Assembly (NCBI GenBank): GCA_040437565.1
Contig: JBDOQK010000001.1
Span: 868,001 to 932,000 of the forward strand
Origin: Albugo candida
Lineage: Eukaryota
Length of the DNA: 64,000 bases
Direction of reading: 5' to 3'
The notes below the pieces were generated by a model, which ran no database searches, was not told where the DNA came from, and saw nothing but the letters and a program-made list of their open reading frames with translations. Of this stretch, positions 20,812 to 33,471 are shown piece after piece (the stretch's first letter is position 1; every line of letters starts with the position of its first letter). Both the position numbers and the translations under genes were made by a program.

Positions 20812-23800
20812 CTACCTCTCAGAATGGGTGTTCCTTGTGCGTGTCTGGCCTCTCCGCCCTACATTCGTCCCGGTACCTCGATGATTCCTAGAGCCTTGTT
20901 TCCAATTTCTTCCGTTCTGCTGAGAGGAGCGTTGGCCACGATCACCAACAGAGCGAGACCAATTGGATTCTCGCGCATTTTTCCAATCATCTTTGCCCGA
21001 AACAGTACCCACACTTCGAAGCTCCATAAGACGCTCATTGTTCTCCACAAGTGATGCCAATTTGTCTGAAAACTGCAAAGCAAACATGTGCAAATTCGAT
21101 CGCTCATCCCGTTCGAATACAATGGATTGCGAAGATTGATCCCAGGCACCTTGAATTTCTTCGTTGACCATCATTTGGGACACAATACTATGCACCATCT
21201 TTTCGTCAAGCTCAAACATTTCCATCAGACGAGTCAAACTAACTGTTTCGTATTCTTCGCTGAATGCTAACAAATATGTGCGCAAAGCTTCCACTTGGAT
21301 CTTTTGCTGCACTATTTCGCGTACTTTGGTAGAAACACCAGCACCAGGGAAAAGATCCCACACGGTAAGACCCACTAAAAGCTCGGCGCATTTTTTCCAG
21401 GAACCTTGCGCTAACAACTTTGCAGCAGCTACCACGTGTTCTCGAGGATTCTCTGGTGGGCCTTGAAAGACCAGGCGTTCGTGGAATGCAAGTAATTTTC
21501 GAAAGGCTTTTGACACGGGACGTTTACGATCGGATAGGCGAGGGTTTACCATACTCGGGACATCCAACAGCATGGCGCTGATCAAGTGACAAGTCTCCAA
21601 CAAATCCAAGTTGATATGCATGTGGTGTGGAACTTGACGCCGTCGTTCGAGTCTTTCTTGCTCGGGATCCCGTTCTTGATAGCGAAAGGATTGCATTCCT
21701 TGGGCCAGGAGTTCTTTTGTACGTGTTCCAGTACAAATCTCTGTCAGACAAGCATGCGCTTCTTTCACAAGACCGAGTCGGAAAGCACAAAGACCAACTT
21801 GTGCCATCATACGATTAAAGAAAATCTGCGTCGGTATATCAGCTTGGTTGATATTGTCTTGAATGTACGACATGAGGAGTAAGTCGCGGGCTTCATGAAA
21901 TCGATCGTGTAATGCGTGGTGATAAATCCGGCAGAGCATCGCACGCGTCTTGGCTCGAATATCGCCATGTTTAAATACATACCGACACAGTTCACGAAGT
22001 TTCTTTTCTGTATCGATCATCTCATCGTTGACAGAAAGAGGGCCAGACAGCGACGCTGGATGCCGAGTCTCTGGGTCGTAGGTCTCGATTGAAATCGCCG
22101 CAGAGTTAGAGCCATTGCATCCTGGATGAATATGGACTGGGTCTCCATACTTTTCGCTTTTCAGTTGAGATAGATGCAACGCTTTCGCGATGGAATCATG
22201 TTTGTAACAAACATATTCTGTCCGCACAAGTGCCATTACTGCTGCTCGTGCAGGATCAGATTTACGATCGTAGTACTGTTGAACACGAGCAGCAAGCTTT
22301 GTCAGCAAATTCTCATCGAAAAGACGACATATGTATTCACTCGTATGTGGGTCTGTTTGTTGCAAGCTCTTGGTGTACTCTTCCGATAGTCGTTCGATAA
22401 AGGCCACTAGATCACCAGAAACCTTGATTTTTCCATGCTCATTCGCCTTTGGGTATGGATCCACATAGTCATTCACATCTTCCTCTTTGACTTCAGTTTC
22501 ACCACGACCGGCTTTGGTGATGTCTGCCTGATCTTCCATACTGAGAGGAGCGAGCTCAAAGCCAGGATTTTGCTCAAGAATCAACAATGTATCGGAGAGA
22601 TGTGTATACGCTGATCGCCATGCACGTGCTGACATAAAACTATCGATTTTGTTGTAAGCGTCAAACAATTGCGCTCCGAGAAGGCACATCGATGCTACAA
22701 TTTGACGAGCAGGACCGAGACGATGAGAATAATTGGCTAATGTGCGTAGTAGAGCAATCTGTTCAGCGATTTCAGTGCCTTTTTTCCCTCTCATTGACAC
22801 TGCTTCCTTCATTCGGGCATCGAACTGACTGATTGTGAGCTTCAATTCTTCGTCAATTAGCTTTTTGGGCTCGTCAAGACTCGCTCGTCGGACTTTATCT
22901 CGCGCGGTTTTGGGAACCTTGGCCTTTTGTACTTTTGTGCTTGCAGTTGTAGGCGTTTTCTTCAGCCATTTCGCTCGTCCCTTGAGTTGTCCGACTTCTT
23001 CGTCCGAGGATGAAGAGGATTCTGATGAGCTAGGCCACGATTCATCATCCGAGCCACCAAGTTCCGACTACAATAATGTAACGAACGTCAGGAGCAATTC
23101 AATAGAGGATAGATTTTGTGTGACAGTTCTATAATTACTCGTTCATAGGCAAAAGCAGAACGAGAACCTCAAACTCTGTCATTTTACTATCGCAATAGGA
23201 TAGTTTTGTAACCATCCGGCGATGAGATGGAGCGTGCATTCGTACAACCTCGATCCCATCGCTATATATTGCGATACGTTGAAGACTAAACGCACCTCAT
23301 CATCAACGTCAGAGCCTTCTTCATCTACGGCAGAGACTTCTTCTTCCTCACTGCTTTGTACATCAGATGCTTCATCTTCTGATTCTTCTTCACTTTCATC
23401 TTCTTCCTCGCTTTCATCTTCATCGCTACTTTCGCTCTTCTCTTCCTCACTTATTGGAGGATGCTCGCGGTACTGCTGCATCTCCTTTTGGACGACTTCA
23501 CTGCTTTTTTTTAATTTCCCCTTCATCCGAATGAGCGCTTTACTGTTTTCTTTACTCATTTTCTTCTGCTCGGCTTTGTTCTTTGCCTTTTCAGCCATGA
23601 GATCCTCAAGCTGGACCATTGTTTGGATATAACTCTGAGGATACCCTTGGCTGCTGATCAGATTTCTGCCCCTGTCGAGATGCTTTGCAAGCGCGTCGAA
23701 TTCGGAGAGAATTTTGATCCAATCGTCGATTTTAATGGAGCTTTTGATGACGCTGCAGCTTTTATTGATAGCTTCCAATGCTTTATCCTTGACACTTTTG

Positions 23801-23955
23801 ACAACACGTGTTTCTTCGTCACTATCAGAATCCGACTGAATTACCCAGCGCGGACCATTTCTTTGCTGCTGATTGCTAGTCTCCTCATCGGAAACATCAG
23901 AGTACTCGCTTTCCTCCTCTGAAGAGGAGCCGCCGGCCCAGAATCGACTTGCCAT
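20812..23955 (-). CDS. EIF3C: Eukaryotic translation initiation factor 3 subunit C (NIP1); intron at about 23068-23295
   Basis: N-terminus MASRFWAGGSSSEEES...SDSDEETRVVKSVKDK with an acidic tract. Also 'EERLSEEYTKSLQQTDPH'-like segment, 'PHHMHINLDLLE', 'GPPENPREHV' and a PCI domain. Confidence 0.96.
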
Positions 23956-24043
23956 AAATGAATGGGAGAAATTGCTTGGCGTCAACCGCGATCTCCTTAA
24001 TACAAGTCCGACCTCAAATAAGGTTAATTAAATTTTCATTCGC

Positions 24044-24788
24044 TTAACTTTCAATCTCCGATTCTCTAGCCTTTCGCATGACGCGATCCAATCTCTGAAG
24101 CCATTCAGACTTTGGCCCACTCCTGAATCGCGAATCAAAATTATCCAGCGTCCTCCGGGTCATTTTAGATAGACATTCAGCTTGCAAACGCGCGTGTCTT
24201 AATTCCGATGTTGCATCCTTAACTTGCTTTTGCGCCACCTGGATGTCATCTCTTGCACGACGATTGCGTTGTGGCAGTGTGTCGTTATTTGACGACGCTG
24301 ATTCATCATATGAAAGAATGACGGGTTCATACGCTTCTTCTGGATTCTTCTCTACAGTTAGAACTATGTCTTTGTTTGTTCGACGCGCATGTAAGCGAGT
24401 CAGAATATATTGTACGATTTGCTCGTCGCCGTCCTGTGGAAGAATTAGCGTCAAGCACACACAAATACCACACAATTTTTACCTTCTCATCCATGCAATT
24501 GTCTTTCCATTGTATTTGGCCAGGAGTTCGTAGCGCAAGTAGCAAACTCTTACGCTGTATCATGCATGACACATGTGATTGATTTCGTAAAGCTCGGATT
24601 ATGATCGTGTCTTCCACAACATTCTCGCATATACACAATTCCAACGTGTCGCCAATCCGCCAGAACAACTTGCTTCCATCATAAAGCAATTTTTCTTGCG
24701 TTCGCCGCGATGACTTGGATAGATTGCTGTATCGATCCGATCCTTGCATAGTAGCTTTATGTAACGGTGAATACTTGACATGATCCAT
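24044..24788 (-). CDS. Hypothetical protein (2 exons)
   Basis: ORFs 24327-24788 and 24044-24475 join through a GT-AG intron at 24434-24482 (...MDEK|DGDEQIVQYILTRL...). No family recognised. Confidence 0.55.
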
Positions 24789-25015
24789 CAGCTTTTGTGC
24801 AGATCGAACAGAGATCTTGCATACTTCACTACAATCAATTGATAAGCTATGTTCCGCAGATATTCACCGTTAAATGATAGCTTACCATGTGAAGCTTGAT
24901 CCATCCAAGCTATCCGTTGATGATCCACGTTCGAGGCAACTCATACTATACAAAGGTCCGTGGCACCTTGGTTCTATCTCAAAGATAGAATAGGCCACAA
25001 TCTATCTATATCATC

Positions 25016-26240
25016 ATGAAAAATAGATCGAGTCAAAAGCCAAAATTAGAGTCGCACAGTCGTGACTCCGGTACGTCACGCTGTCCAAAGCATACAATTA
25101 ACTTTAACCCAATTAAGTCAAGGAAGCAGCATGCATATGACATTACGGCCTTCCGCGAAGCGAAACGCACTACGAAGCACTTTGACTGCATATGCGTACA
25201 CTGGAAGCTCTGAAAATACGAATAAAAGCAAGAAACGAAAAATTCACAAGGTAAATGCGCCGATTTTACAGGTGCAAAATGATAATGAAGAAAGCTTGGT
25301 AACTCCAAACGCCAATTGGAATGAAATGCTGCTCAAAATCCGTGAGATGCGTGTGACATTAAGAGCGGAGGTGGACGAAGATGGAGCAGAGGTCGTTCAT
25401 CTTCACTTTTTTTTCTCATCTTATTGGGCTCTTTGAATATAGACTTTTTATGACACAAAGCACCCCGCGCATGTGGCTCGCTTTCACGTGTTAATTTCCG
25501 CGATGCTTAGCAGTCAAACTAAAGACCCGATCAATGCAGCTGCTATGAGACGTCTCTTAGATAATGGTTCGATCCGATTGAAAGATAAAGCGATAACAGC
25601 TTCTTCTCACGCATATCGTAGGATTGACAGTTGAAAGTATGATCAAGATCAAAGCGGAGAAACTTGCTGAAGTTATATATCCAGTAAGCTTTTATCGAAC
25701 CAAGTCCAAGGCAATCAAGAAAGCTGCCTTAATTCTCAAACAACGAGAAAATGAAGCCGGAATTTGCGATATCCCTGATACTGTCGAAGATCTCATTGCA
25801 TTACCTGGTGTAGGGCCGAAAATGGCTTATTTGGTTATGAATGTAGCTTGGAACAAGTACGTTACTCTCACATTTTGTAGTAGAGCCAGAATCATGATGA
25901 CAACAATGGTGTAGACCTGTAGGGATATGTGTCGACACACATGTTCATCGAATATGCAATCGGCTCGGCTGGGTTTCCACGTGGAACAAGAAGAATCCAA
26001 AAGCTCAGGATCCTGAAAAAACGCGCAAGGTTCGTACAATTAAGTTGGAGACTTGCGTGCGATGAGATTGGCGTTTTGACGTAGGAACTGGAAGCGTGGC
26101 TACCGCTCGAACATTGGGATTCGATCAATCAACTGCTTGTCGGTTTTGGACAAACTATATGCCACGCTCGTCAACCAAAGTGCGAGCAGTGTGCAATCCA
26201 TACAATATGTCCATCCGCGTTCAAAAATGATCGCTTATGA
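25016..26240 (+). CDS. NTH1: Endonuclease III / NTH1 DNA glycosylase-AP lyase (multi-exon)
   Basis: Motifs '[12 protein letters not shown]', HhH '[14 protein letters not shown]', '[17 protein letters not shown]' and '[13 protein letters not shown]', plus the 4Fe-4S motif C-x6-C-x2-C-x5-C ([17 protein letters not shown]). About 5 short introns. Confidence 0.95.
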
Positions 26241-26367
26241 AATTCATTTGCAGGACAAGCCGCAGTATCAATGTTTATTTCGAGAGCGGCAAGGATGCAG
26301 CACTTTCAGATATCGTTGCTATTAAGATACCGCGCAAAGGATGCGAAATAGAGCCTTGTGTATATGT

Positions 26368-28501
26368 CTATTGTTTGTTCTCATTCATTTGCATGGAAAT
26401 TTCTTGGACGGCTTTCACGAACGTGTCAAGATGCGACGGTGCCATATCTGGAAAACATCCATGACCCAGGTTGGCTACGTAACGCTGAGTGCCAAATGCT
26501 TCCAACATCTCTCGAACCTAAAAAGAATGCGTCGATCAGTATCCCAGCTAAAAGCGAATAGCGGATCAACTCACGTTGCTTTGAATCGTTTCAGGTGATG
26601 CATATATGGCACAGGGATCCAAGTTGCCTTGTAGGGATACTTTTCCATCCACAATGTCGCGCACCTGACATATGTCCGATTGCCAGTCCACTTGCAAGCA
26701 GTCGTACTTGGTCGTAGCTAATGCCTTATAGGCGTACGGGGTTCCTTTGGAGAAACAAACAACAGGGACGTTTTCACCGCACGCATCCTTCACTCTTGCA
26801 GCAATTTGTTCCAAGTATGGAAATGCAAACTCGAAATAATGTTCTTGGGTCACACTTTCCGCAGCGACACTTTCAAAAACTTGTAATACTTGTGCTCCTG
26901 CTCTCTGCTGTGCAACCAGGAAACGAACGCATATGTCTGTGATCGCGTACAAAATGGTGTGTGCTTCTGTAGGATGCTACAAGTGACTCTCAGTTGAGTG
27001 TGTAGAATAGAGAATGAATCCAAACCTCGTACAAAAATGTCTTAAAAAGACTTTTTGTGCGGCTTCCTCGTCCCTCGATCATATAGCACAAGAGAGTCAA
27101 TGGACCACCGCAAAAGCCGATTAGAGGAACTCTGCCATTGATTTCTTTTCTTGCCAGATTTATAGCGTCCAAAACGTATCCGAGTGTCTGTTCAACGTCG
27201 GGTGTCAAATTTATTTCTTCAACATCTTTAAGCTCGCGGATAGGCTTGGAAAAGACAGGTCCTACGGACGGAACCATTGAAATCTGCATTCCCATCGCCA
27301 TTGGAATCACCAAAATATCCGAAAATATGATTACTGCGTCGACACCATATCTTCTGAAGGGTTGTAAACTCACTTCGACTGCTAGNNNNNNNNNNNNNNN
27401 NNNNNNNNNNNNNNNNNNNNNNNNNNNNNNNNNNNNNNNNNNNNNNNNNNNNNNNNNNNNNNNNNNNNNNNNNNNNNNNNNNNNNGTGTAGAATAGAGAA
27501 TGAATCCAAACCTCGTACAAAAATGTCTTAAAAAGACTTTTTGTGCGGCTTCCTCGTCCCTCGATCATATAGCACAAGAGAGTCAATGGACCACCGCAAA
27601 AGCCGATTAGAGGAACTCTGCCATTGATTTCTTTTCTTGCCAGATTTATAGCGTCCAAAACGTATCCGAGTGTCTGTTCAACGTCGGGTGTCAAATTTAT
27701 TTCTTCAACATCTTTAAGCTCGCGGATAGGCTTGGAAAAGACAGGTCCTACGGACGGAACCATTGAAATCTGCATTCCCATCGCCATTGGAATCACCAAA
27801 ATATCCGAAAATATGATTACTGCGTCGACACCATATCTTCTGAAGGGTTGTAAACTCACTTCGACTGCTAGTTCGGGGACACTGCACATCTAGATAAAAC
27901 AGATTTAAAGTGATACAATTTCTTATGCTTTGCATGTTACCGTGAAGAAATCGTAACCAGCCTCACGCAATNNNNNNNNNNNNNNNNNNNNNNNNNNNNN
28001 NNNNNNNNNNNNNNNNNNNNNNNNNNNNNNNNNNNNNNNNNNNNNNNNNNNNNNNNNNNNNNNNNNNNNNNCGAAAATATGATTACTGCGTCGACACCAT
28101 ATCTTCTGAAGGGTTGTAAACTCACTTCGACTGCTAGTTCGGGGACACTGCACATCTAGATACAAACAGATTTAAAGTGATACAATTTCTTATGCTTTGC
28201 ATGTTACCGTGAAGAAATCGTAACCAGCCTCACGCAATGACCGAAACTCGGGCAAATGGCGCCCAGCTTGCCGCATGCACCAGACAGGAACGCGCTCTGT
28301 TGGTTTCCCAAGTAGGGCTCGGACAACTAGATCGTTTTTCAGTGGTGGAAGCTCATGCACACGTCGGCGTTGAACTCGTCTGAATGGGAAGGGATGTGAT
28401 TTTTTTCTTTTTTCACGACGAGATAGAAGCACCGCGACAGCAGATGCGATCGCAACAGCAATAGTCACTGTGGATGCAAGGGATGACGATGGTGCAGGCA
28501 T
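26368..28501 (-). CDS. UROD: Uroporphyrinogen decarboxylase (multi-exon; two gap-duplicated segments)
   Basis: Motifs '[15 protein letters not shown]', '[10 protein letters not shown]', '[17 protein letters not shown]', 'QVFES', 'LQGNLDP' and 'ANLGHG'. Confidence 0.96.
27386..27485. other. 100-N gap; 27000-27385 duplicated at 27486-27871
   Basis: Direct identity. Confidence 0.95.
27972..28071. other. 100-N gap; 27806-27971 duplicated from 28072 (1-nt intronic indel)
   Basis: tagataaaac versus tagatacaaac. Confidence 0.95.
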
Positions 28502-29194
28502 TTTCTATGCGCTGAATCTGCAAAATGGTGTGGAGATTACGAATACACTAATAAGACGATTTTGGATCTGTGTGGTCACAAGAATGAAGACGTATAAGAA
28601 GCTCTATTTGTCTCCTACGTAATTGCTCAAAGTAAGCGTGTTACGTTCAAACGTGTCATTTTCCGATATCAAGCTTGTGCACTGGTGGCATTCTAAAGTC
28701 TTAGCTCGCACAGATGGATTCGTCCTGATGCTTGGCATATCTGAAGTACCTCCTAGTTGGGTTTGAAGATGTGCGTGATGGACGTCTTGGTATAGTGGGA
28801 TACAAGGAAGAAAACAAATAATCTAACGTTTGTCAGAAAGATACAGCGACTTCTACACACAACGTATTGACTAATTATCATTAGACCCTATGATCTCACC
28901 TCGACTGTACCGCAAAGTATCTGCAATCAAGCCAAACTATGCTCATAAAATCAGTCGCACAGCTCGTAATGTTCCTTTAAATGCACCTTTCGTACAACGA
29001 GATTGGTGCGACGAGCTAGACATCACCTATAATTACCTACAAATTGCATTATAGCATGAAGGGTATCTGATTTCCACTGCATTCTTATTGAGATGAGTAG
29101 CTAGAAAAGCATACATTTTTAATTGTGGTGCGCCTACCGAAAATTATGTACTTTAACGTAATAGAGTTAACCGACGAATCGTGTAGTATCCGTG

Positions 29195-32100
29195 ATGACC
29201 AAAGCACGTGTGGCTGTCCCCTCTCCACCAATGACCATCTCATTCCACAGTTTCGAGCAAAGGTGGTATCTCATAGTGCTTGGAGCAATAGCCTGTGGGA
29301 TCGCTTATCATTGGGCAACCTTCCAACCAATTGATTCGAAATATGACAACATCGGGAATGTCTCAGACAAAGGCTACTTGTCATACGGACCCATTGATGC
29401 TGTATACACTTGGGTCAACGGAACTGATTTACGCTGGAAAGCTGAAAAGGATTTCTGGCAACGGCAATGGTTAACAGCTTTGACTGGGCAAGCTGCCTCA
29501 GAAAGTGTCCAAGAAAGTAAGGATAAATCCGCCTCGGATAATCGTTTCCGCGACAACGAAGAGCTCCGATTTTCACTTCGATCACTTGAAAAGTATGCCC
29601 CATGGATCCGTCACATTTACATCGTGACGGATGGACAGATTCCTTCATGGCTGAATCTTGACTCACCGCGTATTTCAATCGTACCACATCGAGACATATT
29701 TCCAAATACCTCATATCTTCCAGTATTCGCATCACCAGCAATCGAGTCAAACTTGGTCAATATTCCGGATTTGAGCGAGCACTTTCTCTACTTTAACGAT
29801 GACGTCTTCCTGGGGTCACATATAACGCCTAGCGATTTCATCAGTGTAGACGGTGTTCAGAAAATTTATTTTGCTTGGGAAATTCCGCATTGCTCTGCTT
29901 TATGCGACAACGAAAATCTTGGGAACGGAATTTGCGATTTTGGGTGCAATACTACCTCCTGTGACTATGATCTTGGAGATTGTGGATGCATAGTAAACTC
30001 TGAGACGGACAATTTACACTGCGATGAGGAAAAAGTTAAGGATGTTCTTCTAGCAAAGATTTTAAAGGAAAACCAGGCGACGCTTTTAAAGAGCGATAGT
30101 TGTCGCGAATTCTGTACTTATGAAGCACTGGGTGATGGAAAGTGCGAATCTACTTGTGATACTCCAGAGTGTGGATTTGACGGAGGCGATTGTAATATGT
30201 CTCACGTTCATAGTAGTTTACCAACGGCCAGCATTTTCACGAAGAATCTCATGTACATTGAGGACGGATCGTCCAGGTTGTTCTGGATTGCTGAAGTATT
30301 TCAGGACGTCCCGGCCATGATTTTTAATCTATCTTCCGTATTTGGCGTAAATGGCTCCATTTATACTGCGGAACATGACAATCCGATGCTCGTTCGGCAG
30401 GCTATCGTTCATGAAGACCAGATGATTCTACTTGTGGTATTTGGTAGAGAAGATTATAGTAATGAAGGTCGTACAGGAAGCTGTACTCTGGAAATCAGAG
30501 GTCGCACTGTCGGAGGTGAAGAACAAATAATTCAGATTTTCTTAATGCGAGGGAACACAACTATCAACTCGATCGGAATACAACAGCATGAACATGACGA
30601 CTCGACTTCTCCCACGAACGAAAATATCGCTGTCGCTGGGCTATATACCTTTCTAAATCAAACTTTGACTTCCGAATATATCACATCACCCATCGACGTT
30701 CATGCCAGCAAAATATATGTGTCTGGATCGATGAGAATAGAAAGAAAGCCAGCACCTATAGACCTCGAGGCCGGCAAGCATTCTTCCGAAATCGAAACTC
30801 AATACGCAGTCGACAACAGCGATCAGAAGAAAGCACTGATATTCAATCTCTATCTACCTCGCGTCCATACCGAAGTGGGTCGAAAACTTGGCCGCGATAC
30901 TCAGTTACAATTCGAAGTCACATTACGCGATCGAGCAATCGAGCATGAACGTGCACAATCCGAAGTTCTGCTTAATTTTAGAAGAGTTTTCACGTGTATG
31001 CTGCACTCCTCCTTTGTCGCCACCGCCACATTGGAGAAGCCCGCGGAGTTTGAAGCAAAAGCATCTGAGCCCTTGGATAAAGCGACCTCTTTCAACGANN
31101 NNNNNNNNNNNNNNNNNNNNNNNNNNNNNNNNNNNNNNNNNNNNNNNNNNNNNNNNNNNNNNNNNNNNNNNNNNNNNNNNNNNNNNNNNNNNNNNNNNTA
31201 GAAACGAGTGTATTTGAGCTCACTTTCGTGCGCATTCTATAGAACTAGACCGAAGTTCTGCTTAATTTTAGAAGAGTTTTCACGTGTATGCTGCACTCCT
31301 CCTTTGTCGCCACCGCCACATCGGAGAAGCCCGCGGAGTTTGAAGCAAAAGCATCTGAGCCCTTGGATAAAGCGACCTCTTTCAACGACGATAGCCCACA
31401 ATGTGTCAACATGCATGATCAGGGTCTGTCAGTACAAATCAAAATTACTTTGCCGCAGCCAGCTGGTCATCTAAGGTACAATGTGGGAAAGAAGGCGGAA
31501 GAGCATGAAATGGGATCTAAGCTTGATTATGAGGCAGAGAGGCATGATCACCAGCAACCCGAGCATGATACTTTCCCTCGTGTGGAACCTCGACTCTTTG
31601 ATGGTCAACTCTGTTTTCTTGACGTTGCACGGCCACAAGAGAAATTCTGCTTCAGTATTGCTCTTACGTATTATGATCGACATAATGTCGCTTTGACTGT
31701 CACGACAGCGAAAGATGATATGGCGAGAAATGATGCTAAAGATACCAATGAAAATGAGCCTTACTACATGGAGAAGGATGCGCAATCCGCATATCAAGAT
31801 GGTACTCTCACGCTCGATGAAGCCCCTGTCGAAGAGCCTGTAGATGACTCGACCGCGCCCAACGACGAAATATCTGATCGAGAGAAGGAAGAGGGTCGCC
31901 TTGTGTGTGCGTTGAAAAGGAATCGACTAGAAAGATACAAAATGGAAATTGAATGGGAAACAAAAATGCGGCAGCAGAGCTCGCACTCAGAAAGCGCTGA
32001 CTTGATGACTGGAATCATTAAGTGGCTACAAGGTTTTCTATCGGATACAACTTTAGTCGAAAAATCTCCAGAGTCAGACCTTGAGCATGAGTATGCACGC

Positions 32101-33267
32101 GAGTGCGCCACAACGGACGACGACTTGAAGGACTTATTCGTTACCCCCTCTCTGCATTCGTTTACGTCCCAGGAGAGAGAAGCCGCCAGGGCGTCCACCG
32201 ACACATTTGGTGATTCATTACGCTTTGTCAATAAATTGTTTACTCGTGCTTTTGGAAAGCCTTCCGAAAGACGTCGAGTAGTTTCGCACATGCCATTTTT
32301 GATCAAAAAGAGCACAATGCTTGAACTCAAGTCACATTGGCCGCAAGAGTTCGAGGCCACGTCCTCTCACCGCTTTCGTCATCCTCATGATATGCAGTTC
32401 AGCTTTTCATACTTTCATTATCTGATCAATCGCCACAAGCTGCACCCACCAACAATTGAGGAAATCTGGGCTGAATATTTCGATGTGAATCGAAATGGAG
32501 TATTGGATTATCTGGAAATGTTAACACTTGCAAGTATGGTTCATGGTGATACTCCTTCCGAGACTTCGATCGAGGAAGTAAATAATTGTATACAACCACC
32601 ACGTGCAGTGACAGAGATCGAAAAGGATACTAAAGAAGGACGATTAAAAGTGTCCGAAACGTTGCATCCTCACATCACACTCGAGTCTTTGAAGAAATGT
32701 AAGGAAGTGGCCGAGAAACTGATCAGCAACGTTCGTCGAAAGATAATGTACGAGCCGATGTCTGAAGCAGAAGTCACTTTCCACATGCTGAGCGATAATC
32801 CCACATATGCTCTCGGTCAAATGCTCAACACTAGAGCAAGGCGGACGAAATTCGTGTGCATCAATGATGACATGAAAAATCCCACACAAAAAGTACATCA
32901 GGTACTTCGTGAGCTCTTTCTCGCATTCTGGCCGAATCAATCGCAGTTTGAGCTGCCGCATCATCTCCAAAATCGGTACTTGCACATCGATGAGTACAAT
33001 CTCGCTCAACAACGATTGCGAAAGCTTTACCTGGGATTGATTCTGACCGTGGTCATATTGGGCCTGTCCGTTTATTGGCACAAGTCCATGTGGATCTTTC
33101 GAAAGAGGCAAGCTTCTCGGCCTCGTACATCCTCAGCGTCCATTCTAAAACGGGAACGGATCAAGGCCGACAGAAACGTGATACTCAAGAGCCCGACTTC
33201 GGCATCAAGTCCTAGGTCCTCGCCAAAGGTGGACTGTGAGGTCGTTGGTAACAAGATGAAACAATAG
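29195..33267 (+). CDS. GNPTAB: UDP-GlcNAc:lysosomal-enzyme N-acetylglucosamine-1-phosphotransferase alpha/beta precursor-like (Stealth family)
   Basis: N-terminal TM; Stealth CR1 'PIDAVYTWVNGTD'; CR2 'ELRFSLRSLEKYAPWIRHIYIVT' and 'FLYFNDD'; two LNR/Notch-like Cys repeats; CR3 'DTFGDSL...SHMP'; EF-hand 'DVNRNGVLD'; CR4 'KFVCINDD'; C-terminal TM. Split by the gap at 31099-31198. Confidence 0.9.
31099..31198. other. 100-N gap; 30960-31098 duplicated from 31250, after ~51 nt of unrelated sequence
   Basis: Identity except ttggag/tcggag. Positions 31199-31249 do not match the first copy. Confidence 0.9.
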
Positions 33268-33471
33268 GTCACCGCATTTTCATTGTTTCTGATGTTGACA
33301 TGGTGTACGCAGGAGTCGAAGCATTACCACGCTTCTCTCCTGGTATGAAAAACATCCTAGCCTCCGTGTCATGCAATATTGAGCCACTCTCTGAGCAGGC
33401 ATTTGACCTTGTGGAAACAGAAAAGAGTAATACAAGACAAATGAAAGCGGTTGGCTTTATATTGAGAATAT

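Noticed and set aside
26990-28240. Apparent exon duplication or alternative exons in UROD
   Set aside because: The copies flank N gaps and are near-identical, so an artefact.
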